From a virus (lineage: Duplodnaviria > Heunggongvirae > Uroviricota > Caudoviricetes), in IMG/VR virus record IMGVR_UViG_3300041955_001975, positions 26,738-90,737 of that record: 64,000 bases of DNA; one strand, 5' to 3'. Within the stretch, counting starts at the first letter, position 1. The number at the start of each line of letters is the position of its first letter. Under the pieces are notes generated by a model that saw only the letters and a list, made by a program, of their open reading frames with translations, made no database searches and was not told where the DNA came from. This document shows, piece by piece, positions 36,901-44,228 of this stretch. Position numbers and translations under genes: made by a program.

Positions 36901-37098
36901 GAAGGACAGGTCCAGCACGTCATCCAGGTCACCCAGTTCAACGATCTTGCCGGGGATGGGCGGCGGCCCGGGGAGATCCCTGTCGGCGTAAGACTGCGTG
37001 GCAGCACCCTTGTACCAGTCGATCTCGACGATCGAGATCGGCTCAGTCCCATACTGGGCGGCGAGCTTGGCCAGGCCGTTGCTGGAAATCGTTCGCAT
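33919..37098 (-). CDS. large tail protein (tail tip/host-specificity J-like)
   Basis: 1059 aa at the distal end of the tail module. Has a Gly-rich C-terminal region. Preceded by conserved motif copy E. Confidence 0.45.
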   Translation of the reverse strand: MRTISSNGLAKLAAQYGTEPISIVEIDWYKGAATQSYADRDLPGPPPIPGKIVELGDLDDVLDLSFNGSSAQVGLTLDDTDGSLKAIFDAYDIYNVHVRIYQWFQGLDLADKFLVFSGRINTPVTWNERDRTLKVTIVSPLENLEVGFSVEEGSFPYIPSEMIGKAWPMVFGQVADYPALEVNLAVEGVTLDPVGFVTWTGEVVPLYANGTDFDPSTLFGLWKQGQQMNVYQQAADLWQDVDPVKYQQYKDQAQAISNQMANEEFLLNHKEACMRATRARQLSELAGFTGANPIHILGGEDFPQNQQLWLTLGSAYLQGSFQGEVFTITATEDPQVILHYNLEVANAELKAAQHLIDCPLLNPPPVSTLHFTADIPCGSLGSLSANPCLLDEAVTILTTPTAPIVKPPMLTAKQFWADAGAKVQLGTNQGCNFIASITPGQVLCVKAYQTVNGQRVLNVVPPSWYTVETVQYGSITAVQVVLNQRLSLVVYQDLNTNWITGWSDQIYVTFQSSIGPNIVDILEYLIENYTDLTWDATSFNHCRTKLAPFPANFPLLDRKNVLQVLKDIAFQCRCAVWIENEVVYLTYLPEPPTPVDTITTSDIDSERGMEIASTDTENLVTKMNVKWRMGYAPEPGEQQEQLIVLRHNVSRYGLWEKDYDWWIFNQPDIILKMATFWLIRYSMIWKRIRFRAFLNKLNLETFDCVTFNVPGAIASAAVPVLVQKAAYNSAENCIDFECECPVNAGAMTQNPFYWPANLPTSQTWPLSVEETVGFGGGGIGMNAGGPLPVGQLPSTSYAVAPAADGGLTGDGSTVPTGGIQPILRGVFVGGPNVIFGPHADWGDPTPTDVGFTAQPVVFPNQYAGTTSGSPKQLDLNLDYLQEASVPDIPVPAAVVLDLSTTKIMDSKNPGLKNFGYLGDFFSLGQVGAPVIDPTNTSATYALKMDFAKAEAAYTPAMSDYLYNVPGSAATVQLDAVANVVRGISVGSTTAIVTAATRLGTDVARLAADVSNLALGMASTVTLIAPFVSQAWGATLNSAQFTAIQTDASTVASLVSAIVY

Positions 37099-37152
37099 GG
37101 CAAGACCTCAAACGTGCAATCGGGACGTGCAATGGGCGCGAGGCCCCGCTGT

Positions 37153-37185
37153 AAGAGTTGCTAAAACGGCGGAACTGGTTTCCAG
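37153..37185 (-). promoter_or_regulatory. conserved intergenic motif copy E
   Basis: aagagttgctaaaacggcggaactggtttccag, about 55 nt upstream of the tail gene start at 37098. Confidence 0.45.
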
Positions 37186-37201
37186 AATTCCGCGGCCGGC
37201 T

Positions 37202-37606
37202 CTAGGCGGTTTGCAGCACTCCCTCGAATTCCAGATCAATGGCCTGTACCTCCCCGCGAAGCAAGGGCGGCCGCGCCGGGGCACCTCGTTCGGGGGTGTC
37301 AAGCTCGAAGGGGTTGCTGGTGAAGTAGCCGACCCAGTTCCGTCCCAAGTGGTCCAGCACGTAAATCTTCGAGGCGAAGTAGGACTGGATGAAGGCCCGC
37401 AGTTCCAAGCCTTTGTTGCGGGTCAATTGAAACGTCCACTTCAGCCTCCGCCGGCCGCCCTTGGTCTTGACGTAGGTCCGCCGTGTGCCGTCCATCGCCC
37501 GCTTCACGATCACCGCATCGGTCAGGTTCATGGCATCGCTGAACTTCGGCTCGGGGAGAACCGTCAAGGTCTGCAACGTCGGATAGGGGGCCTGGAGGTA
37601 GAACAT
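37202..37606 (-). CDS. hypothetical tail-module protein
   Basis: 134 aa. C-terminus AIDLEFEGVLQTA resembles the C-terminus of the adjacent fibre (GLEFEGQLVS). Confidence 0.35.
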   Translation of the reverse strand: MFYLQAPYPTLQTLTVLPEPKFSDAMNLTDAVIVKRAMDGTRRTYVKTKGGRRRLKWTFQLTRNKGLELRAFIQSYFASKIYVLDHLGRNWVGYFTSNPFELDTPERGAPARPPLLRGEVQAIDLEFEGVLQTA

Positions 37607-37627
37607 GATCGACTCCCACTGCTGAGC

Positions 37628-39226
37628 CTACGAGACCAGTTGACCCTCAAACTCCAAGCCAGCCGTGAAGCTGTACTTGCTGTCTTCCACCACCGGGTCA
37701 TTGGGATTGGTGATGACACCCACCCAGCAGTGGCCTTCCCAATCCCAGAGGCCAATCTCCAGCCCGATGTGGTTCAGCATGAACTCCAGCAGGGCTTCGG
37801 CCTGCGTGGGCGTGAGCGCGGAAAAGGTCAGCACCAGGGTCTCCGTCTTCGGCCACATGGGGTCCGCGTACACGATCAGCGTGCCGCCTCGCGTCTCGCG
37901 GCTGATGCGGTTGAACTGCAAGCGGTCCTTGTTGCCGAACTCCGGGTTGCGCAGCACCAGCGTGTCCGTGGCCGTTCCCGTGGACGGGTAGACCAGGGTG
38001 AAGGTCCCCGGTGCCGCCGGGTTGGGGCCGGTCAAGGTGGCCGGGGGCGGCGTGGGATTGCCGGCCGTGCCCGCCCCGATGAAAGGTCGGTAGTCCCTCT
38101 TCACCAGTCCGAAGGGCAGCGTGTAGCTGAAGGACTGCTCAATGACGATGTTGTCCTCGGCCGACAACAGTCGCACGACCACCACCGAGGCCCGGTCGCC
38201 GATGGTCAGCGGATCGGTGGTCGGCCTGCCGACTGCGACCAGGGCCATGTCGCCCAATTCAAGCCCGTCAACAACTTCGGGCGAAGGGCTCTTGACAGCC
38301 GCATCACTGAGGCTGAGGGCGTCCGTTGCCGCAAGCGCGATCGCCGTAGAACGGATGACGCCGACCTGGATCGACTCGCCGAAGGAGAGCCGATCGGTCA
38401 CGCTTTGAGCGCTGTGCCAGATAACCTCCGAGTTGCTGTCCTGCAAGCCCGTGTAAACAGTCTGCGAGACATTGTTCGTCGAATCCCAGACCTGGTCCGA
38501 CGTTTGCAGCACGTCCACTGCGCCGGCGTAGATCGGCCCGATCTCATTGGCCGCATCGGCAATGGCAATCGCATCGGTGACCTGGAGGCTCCAGTGTTTC
38601 TGCTGCCAGACGGCCATCGAATCCTGGACAGGTATCTGGTCGATCGCGTCCAGGTGCTGGGTGGCGTCGTGGCCGGCGGCCGTATCCACCAGCGACAGCA
38701 CGTCAGTCGCGCCAGCCTGGATCACGGGGTTGGAGCCGGCCGCCGTGTCCGCCAGCGACAGCATGTCAGTCGCGCCGGCGTGGATCACAGGGTTGAAGCC
38801 GGCCGCCGCATCCGCCACCACAATGAAATCGGTGGCCTGCGGGCTGCCTATTTTCTGGACCGTCGCACTCTGGGAGACCGTCAGCGGATCGGTGACATTC
38901 TTGCCGCTCGGGCCGATGGCATCCTCATGGAGCGACAGGCTATCGGTCGCACTGACGATGTAGACCCAGGCAGATTGGGCCTGGTCTGCAACCGCCAAGG
39001 TGTCGGCCGCCGTCCGTGAGGCGATATGACACACCACAGCTTGATCGCCGAGCGAGAGAGCGGAGAGAGTGGAGCAAGCGGCAGCGTGCCCGACGTTTGC
39101 GGCATCGTTCAACGTCAGGGGATCTAAGGCGCTGGCGGTGTACGCACTGACCACCGTGTCCTGACCGAGGACAATGTTGCCAAGTTCGGCGTTGACGACA
39201 CCCAGCCTGCCGGTAGTTGCAGCCAT
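37628..39226 (-). CDS. repeat-containing tail fibre protein
   Basis: Roughly 18-20-aa repeats (ATDxLSLxDxAAG...NPVIxAG) occur more than 12 times. 532 aa. Confidence 0.5.
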   Translation of the reverse strand: MAATTGRLGVVNAELGNIVLGQDTVVSAYTASALDPLTLNDAANVGHAAACSTLSALSLGDQAVVCHIASRTAADTLAVADQAQSAWVYIVSATDSLSLHEDAIGPSGKNVTDPLTVSQSATVQKIGSPQATDFIVVADAAAGFNPVIHAGATDMLSLADTAAGSNPVIQAGATDVLSLVDTAAGHDATQHLDAIDQIPVQDSMAVWQQKHWSLQVTDAIAIADAANEIGPIYAGAVDVLQTSDQVWDSTNNVSQTVYTGLQDSNSEVIWHSAQSVTDRLSFGESIQVGVIRSTAIALAATDALSLSDAAVKSPSPEVVDGLELGDMALVAVGRPTTDPLTIGDRASVVVVRLLSAEDNIVIEQSFSYTLPFGLVKRDYRPFIGAGTAGNPTPPPATLTGPNPAAPGTFTLVYPSTGTATDTLVLRNPEFGNKDRLQFNRISRETRGGTLIVYADPMWPKTETLVLTFSALTPTQAEALLEFMLNHIGLEIGLWDWEGHCWVGVITNPNDPVVEDSKYSFTAGLEFEGQLVS

Positions 39227-39262
39227 GTTATCACCTCACCCGGGTGTCATCAAGAGAGGCCA

Positions 39263-40918
39263 CTAGAGCACGACCGTCGTGCCATCCGCGTTCAAGCCGC
39301 TGTAGAGATTCGTGACCTCGGTCGAAGTGAGGGCCCGGTTGTAGATGCGCAGGTCGCACAGGTTGCCGATGAAGGGCATGTTCGACAGGGTGCTCTCGCC
39401 AGTGCCTAGTTCCACAAACCCGGTGGCCGTGCTGATCGTAGATCCACTGGCCGTGCCCGTCGTCTGGAGCGTCCCATCCAAGTAGAACAGCACTTGGGAG
39501 TTCGCCGTATAGCCGCTGGGCACGATCCACACGCCGTGGTGCCAGGTGTCGGCGCTGATCGTGCTGGAGGAGACAACACCGCCTGAGTAGCAGTTCAGGC
39601 CCAGGCCCGAAGGCTGCATGTAGATATTGATGTTCTTCCCGGAGCTGCTTTGCCCATAGCAAAACGCGACGTTGCTGCGGGTGGTGCTCCAGGTGGACGG
39701 ACACTTGAACCAGACGGAAATGGTTCTCGGTGCCGTGGACAATGGTAGGGGCCAGTCGCAAACGCCGCCGCTCTTATAAACGTCATCGGAGCCGTTGAAC
39801 AGGGCGCTACGCCAGGCAGGGTTCGTCAGCGCGGCCGGCACATCCGTGGAGACGGTCGGGTAGCCCGACGACGGGTTCAGACAAATCTGGAAACCCGAGG
39901 AGTCCGCGTAGCCGCCCGTGGTGACGGTCTCGTTCAGCTTGTACCAGCCGACCAGGCCGGCCTCGGGCTGGCCGCTGGGCGCTCCCTCGTCCCAGGCCAG
40001 CAACACCACCGATGTAGGAGCGGAGTTGATCGTCGAGCAATAGAAGACCAGTTGGTCGGGCTCGTAGCCGCTGGGATTAAAGGTGGTGTCGGTGGGGGCG
40101 GCGCAGCCGTAGACCGGAATCCAATCGACCCCGTTGTTGGAGATGTAAAAGCCGCAACCCGTCTCACCGTTTTCCGAGGTGCAGCGGACCGCCTTCAACC
40201 AGAGGCGATCGGCGGGGGAGATAGTCGTCAATGCCAACTTGGCAGGCGTCGTGCTATCCGCGGTCGCTGGGGCACGAACCGTGATGCTCGGGCCCGCAGA
40301 CGACCAGAGCACCAGCTCGGCCTGCCCGTGCGTACTGTCGCGGAAGCCGATCCCTACCAGGCCGGCCGTGCCGTAGTTGATGTAGGTCGCCGCATCCACA
40401 CAGGCCACCAGCGTAACCACGCCGTTAGTGGCGCTAGGCATGGGCCGGGTCAGGTACACGCCCTCGTAGCTGCTGCCGCCGGTCTTGGCGATCGTCAGCG
40501 CGTTGCCGGTCTGCGTGACCGTGGTATCACTGTGCGAGTCCACCTTCGTAAAATCGCTGACAACCAGGGCAGTGCCGGAGGAGTTCACGATGCGAAGGGG
40601 AGGCTGAACTGCTGCCCAGGAGCAATTGTCCGCCAGGAAAGTCTGCAAACTGCCTGCTGCGAGGATCACGAGGACCGGCGCGGCAGAGGCGTGCGTGGCG
40701 GCTGTGGTGCCTTCGATTCCCCGCGCGACGGTCAAGGTCGTGCCGGCGCAGCCGGTGCAGAGCATGATTTCGCCGTCCACCAGCAGGCGAAAGTCGCCCG
40801 TGGCCGGAAGCGCGGCAGCGCTGGCGACCGTCAGGGTCGTCGCCGTCGTCGAGGTGATGGCGGCCGACAGCGTCGTGGCTGCCGCATCGACAAGTTGCTC
40901 GCGTCGTACCGCCATCAT
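39263..40918 (-). CDS. tail fibre / receptor-binding protein with C-terminal LamG (concanavalin-A-like) domain
   Basis: Shared N-terminal domain (ATGDFRLLVDGEIMLCT...TLTVARGIEGTTAATHASA). C-terminal LamG-like block (RTISVWFKC...WHHGVWIV...VLFYLDGTL...LCDLRIYNRALTSTEVTNLY). Confidence 0.6.
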   Translation of the reverse strand: MMAVRREQLVDAAATTLSAAITSTTATTLTVASAAALPATGDFRLLVDGEIMLCTGCAGTTLTVARGIEGTTAATHASAAPVLVILAAGSLQTFLADNCSWAAVQPPLRIVNSSGTALVVSDFTKVDSHSDTTVTQTGNALTIAKTGGSSYEGVYLTRPMPSATNGVVTLVACVDAATYINYGTAGLVGIGFRDSTHGQAELVLWSSAGPSITVRAPATADSTTPAKLALTTISPADRLWLKAVRCTSENGETGCGFYISNNGVDWIPVYGCAAPTDTTFNPSGYEPDQLVFYCSTINSAPTSVVLLAWDEGAPSGQPEAGLVGWYKLNETVTTGGYADSSGFQICLNPSSGYPTVSTDVPAALTNPAWRSALFNGSDDVYKSGGVCDWPLPLSTAPRTISVWFKCPSTWSTTRSNVAFCYGQSSSGKNINIYMQPSGLGLNCYSGGVVSSSTISADTWHHGVWIVPSGYTANSQVLFYLDGTLQTTGTASGSTISTATGFVELGTGESTLSNMPFIGNLCDLRIYNRALTSTEVTNLYSGLNADGTTVVL

Positions 40919-40927
40919 ACACCTCGC

Positions 40928-42610
40928 TTACAAGGCCACCGCCGAGCCGTCCGCATTCAAGCCGCTGTAAAGGTTGCCGATCCCAGTCGAGGTGAGGGCC
41001 GTGTTGTAGACCCGCATATCGCAGACCTTACCCGGAAAATAGTCGCTTGCACCCGGGTTGCGGCCGAAAAAGACGTTGCCCGGCTGCGTGTTCACCACGT
41101 GGGTGTCACTGTGCCCTGTCGTCGTCAGCAGCGCGCCGTCCAGGTAAAAGACGATCTGGGCGTTGCTGGTGCAACTCGTGGGCACGACCACCGCCAAGTG
41201 GTGCCAGCCGGTGTCCGGCCACGTCGAGCCTGAGAAATTGGTCCCCGGGGTTACGGTCGCGGTGGCGTTGCCGCCATTAACGTCAAGCTCCAGGCCAGCC
41301 GTGGCCAGCGATAATTGGAAAAACTGTCCCGAAGTGTTGTAGCCCCAGCCCAATAGCGCATACTCCGAGGGGATGGCACCGGCCGAGGCACACTTGAACC
41401 ACAACGAGATCGTGCGGGGCGTGCTGCCCAAGGGCAACAACTCCCAGTCCGTGGTCTGGGTGTAGTTCGAGGTTCCGTTGAAGTCCAAGGTCTGCCGGCC
41501 AGGAAGCGCGCTGGGGGAGTCCAGGGTCGTGGTAGGGGTGGCAACCTGGCCGCCGCTGATCGTGGCGTAGATTCGGTGGTGCAATTCCGCCGGCCCGTGA
41601 TCGAAAAGCGTCGATTGAACGGGGTTTTCGTTGCAGGGATACCAGCTCACCAGGCCCGACTCCGCCACGTTGGCCCCCTCGTCCCAAGCCAGCAGGTTCG
41701 CCGCACTGGGGTAGGGGCTGTCCGCCAGGTCCACGAAGATCAGGCTGTCCGGTGCGGTGCTGAAGAAGTCGCTCACCCGCTGAGAAAGGAGCGTCATCCA
41801 GTTGATGCCGGTGTCCGAGATGCTGTAGCTGTAGCCGTCGCCCGTGTAGCAAATCCGCATCCACAGGTGCGGCGTGGGGCCGAGGTTGGCGGTGCCGGAT
41901 GTGCCGTAGCCGTAGACTACGCCGGACGACCCGCCGCTGGTGGTCGTTGGGGCGCTGAACTGCGTGATGTATAAGAAAGCGCCCATGACGTTCATGGGCT
42001 GGTAGATGAAAGCGACGGCCTTGCCCGTGGACGAGCAGTACAGTCCCACGCCAACTTCCAAGTAACCCCCGTACAGCCCCATGCCGTCCACACAGGCCGT
42101 CAGCACCGCGGGGCGCTGAGATGGCAGCGGGCGTGTTAGCCAAGTGCCGAACACCTGGCTGGCCATACCGTTGCGTGCGACCGTAATCGCCGTGCCCCAT
42201 TGCTTGACGACAGGCGGCGGTCCGACACTGACCATGCCGAAGCTGGCCGTCGTCAAGGGGTTTCCCGAAGCGTCCACGAGCCGCAAGGGCGGTCGCTGGC
42301 CGGCCAGAGGGACGTTGTCACCGAGAAGTGTTTGAAGGGCCCCCTGGGTCAAGACGTTGACCACGGCAACGCCGCTGGCATGGCTTGCCGCCGTCGTCCC
42401 TTCTACTCCGCGGACGACCGTCAGGGTCGTACCCGAGATGGCCGTGCAAAGCATCACCTCCAGCTCGACCAGCAGGCGGAAGTCGCCAGTGGCGGGAAAG
42501 AGGCTGGCGCTGGCCACGCTCAGCGTCGTGGCCGAACTGTTCAGGGCGCTGGTCAACGTCGCGGCGGCGTTATTCATCAGTAGCTCGCGGCTGCTCATGA
42601 TTCGCTCCAA
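40928..42610 (-). CDS. tail fibre / receptor-binding protein paralog with LamG domain
   Basis: Same N-terminal domain (ATGDFRLLVELEVMLCT...). LamG-like C-terminus (RTISLWFKC...WHHLAVVV...IVFYLDGALL...VCDMRVYNTALTSTGIGNLY). Confidence 0.6.
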   Translation of the reverse strand: MERIMSSRELLMNNAAATLTSALNSSATTLSVASASLFPATGDFRLLVELEVMLCTAISGTTLTVVRGVEGTTAASHASGVAVVNVLTQGALQTLLGDNVPLAGQRPPLRLVDASGNPLTTASFGMVSVGPPPVVKQWGTAITVARNGMASQVFGTWLTRPLPSQRPAVLTACVDGMGLYGGYLEVGVGLYCSSTGKAVAFIYQPMNVMGAFLYITQFSAPTTTSGGSSGVVYGYGTSGTANLGPTPHLWMRICYTGDGYSYSISDTGINWMTLLSQRVSDFFSTAPDSLIFVDLADSPYPSAANLLAWDEGANVAESGLVSWYPCNENPVQSTLFDHGPAELHHRIYATISGGQVATPTTTLDSPSALPGRQTLDFNGTSNYTQTTDWELLPLGSTPRTISLWFKCASAGAIPSEYALLGWGYNTSGQFFQLSLATAGLELDVNGGNATATVTPGTNFSGSTWPDTGWHHLAVVVPTSCTSNAQIVFYLDGALLTTTGHSDTHVVNTQPGNVFFGRNPGASDYFPGKVCDMRVYNTALTSTGIGNLYSGLNADGSAVAL

Positions 42611-43560
42611 GCCAGGAGGCTACCCGAAGTCTGTTGGGCATTGTTGCTGCCGACCATGAAGAACGCCTGGTTGAAGAGGTCGCCGCTGTGCGTGTAATAG
42701 TCAGCAGACGTGGTGAGCACCAGCCAGTTCACTCCGTCCGCGGAGACCGAGTACGTCGCCGTGTGGCTGGCATCAATGGTGATCTTCATCCACGCCCGCG
42801 AGATGCGGCAGGTAGACGCAAGGCTCAGCAGCCAGGTGCTCTCCGTGTCAGAATCCGTCCAGCCGGCGACGCCGATATTGGAATTTGCAGCCGGGCAATA
42901 GACAATGCCGTAGGCATCTCCGTAGACGGAGTCGCACAGCCCGATGCCAAGATAGTTCACGTTGGGTGATACGTCGTCGATGTTAATGCCGCCGACGCAG
43001 GCAATTATCGTACAGGGGCGGGTCGCTGTCAGCGCTCGGAGCAACCAGGTCCCGTGGTAAGCGCCGCCGGTCGGTTGCGTGAGGATCTGGATCTGGTTGC
43101 CAACCTGCCGCGCGGCCCCGATGTTGCTTTTGTCGTTGATGGTGAAATTGCCGAGCGTCAAAGGGTTTCCGTTGATGTCCAGCAGCCGGAACGACGGCCG
43201 GCTGATGGCCGCCAAGGGCACGCTATCCTGCAAGAGAGCAGTCAGACCGCCGGCCGTCAGGATGTGCGCTACGACCGCCGCGCTGGCGTGCGAGGCCGGC
43301 GTCGTGCCCTCCATCCCGCGCGTCACCGTCAGCGTGACGCCCGAGACGCCCGTGCAAAGCAGCAACTCGGTATCAATAATCAGGCGGAAGTTGCCGGAAG
43401 CCGGAAAGGAAGCGCTGCTGGCCACGGTGATCGTCGCGTCCGACGACCCGGCCGCAGAGGCAAGGGTCGTGGCCGCCAGGTTCGTAAACTGCTCACGTGG
43501 GGCCATTGCGTCACCTGGAGGAAAGCGGGCCGGGGGGGGGATTAGAAGGCCGGCCCCCAA
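42595..43560 (-). CDS. tail fibre paralog (shared N-terminal domain, different C-terminal domain)
   Basis: N-terminus ASGNFRLIIDTELLLCT...TLTVTRGMEGTTPASHASA is homologous to the other two fibres. No LamG. Confidence 0.5.
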   Translation of the reverse strand: MGAGLLIPPPARFPPGDAMAPREQFTNLAATTLASAAGSSDATITVASSASFPASGNFRLIIDTELLLCTGVSGVTLTVTRGMEGTTPASHASAAVVAHILTAGGLTALLQDSVPLAAISRPSFRLLDINGNPLTLGNFTINDKSNIGAARQVGNQIQILTQPTGGAYHGTWLLRALTATRPCTIIACVGGINIDDVSPNVNYLGIGLCDSVYGDAYGIVYCPAANSNIGVAGWTDSDTESTWLLSLASTCRISRAWMKITIDASHTATYSVSADGVNWLVLTTSADYYTHSGDLFNQAFFMVGSNNAQQTSGSLLAWSES

Positions 43561-43581
43561 CCCGGCGAGGGAGAGATCAGG

Positions 43582-44202
43582 CTAGGCGGTGACGGAGTAG
43601 GTGATCTTCAACTGGTCGCCGCTCTGAACGGCCACGTCACCGCTGGTGAAGGCCGCTGCGGACCAGAGCGTTGCACCGCTGCCGCTGGTGTGGTCGCCCT
43701 TCGTCTGGCAAATGCTGTTGCCACCCACGAGGAAGAGGCCCTTGATCGTGCCGGTCGCCGTGATGTCGAAGACCGAGGCGGTCGAATTGGCGACCGCGGC
43801 CACGTGGGAAGTGACCGAGACCGCACCCGAGGTCCAGACCGGCCGGGTGGAGCTACTGCCACTGTTGAGGTCGTCGGTGTAGGCGGTGTTTTCCCGCCAG
43901 CCGTTGGTCCCGGCCAATTGGCCGTAGGCGTCCGCCTGGGCGTAGGCGGTGAAGCTCACGCTGTCCACAAGACCCATCCAGTAGGACGTGATCTGCGTGA
44001 CCGAATGGAACATCACGCCCAACAGCGCCGTGCGGCCCTCGTCGGTGATGTAGTTGGGCGCTTCGTAGGTGGCGAGCAGCTTCCCGCCGCGCCAATGCTC
44101 GACGTGGTACAGGCCATGCGGCTCCAGCTTGTCGCTGGCCGGCTTCGCGGGGCGGACCAATTCGACGTTGGCCCGCTGGCCCACATTCAAGGTGTCCTTC
44201 AT
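43582..44202 (-). CDS. tail protein (distal tail or fibre-associated)
   Basis: 206 aa immediately downstream of the tape measure gene. Ser/Thr/Gly-rich. Confidence 0.35.
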   Translation of the reverse strand: MKDTLNVGQRANVELVRPAKPASDKLEPHGLYHVEHWRGGKLLATYEAPNYITDEGRTALLGVMFHSVTQITSYWMGLVDSVSFTAYAQADAYGQLAGTNGWRENTAYTDDLNSGSSSTRPVWTSGAVSVTSHVAAVANSTASVFDITATGTIKGLFLVGGNSICQTKGDHTSGSGATLWSAAAFTSGDVAVQSGDQLKITYSVTA

Positions 44203-44228
44203 GGTGAACCTCCTTCAAGGATTGATTG

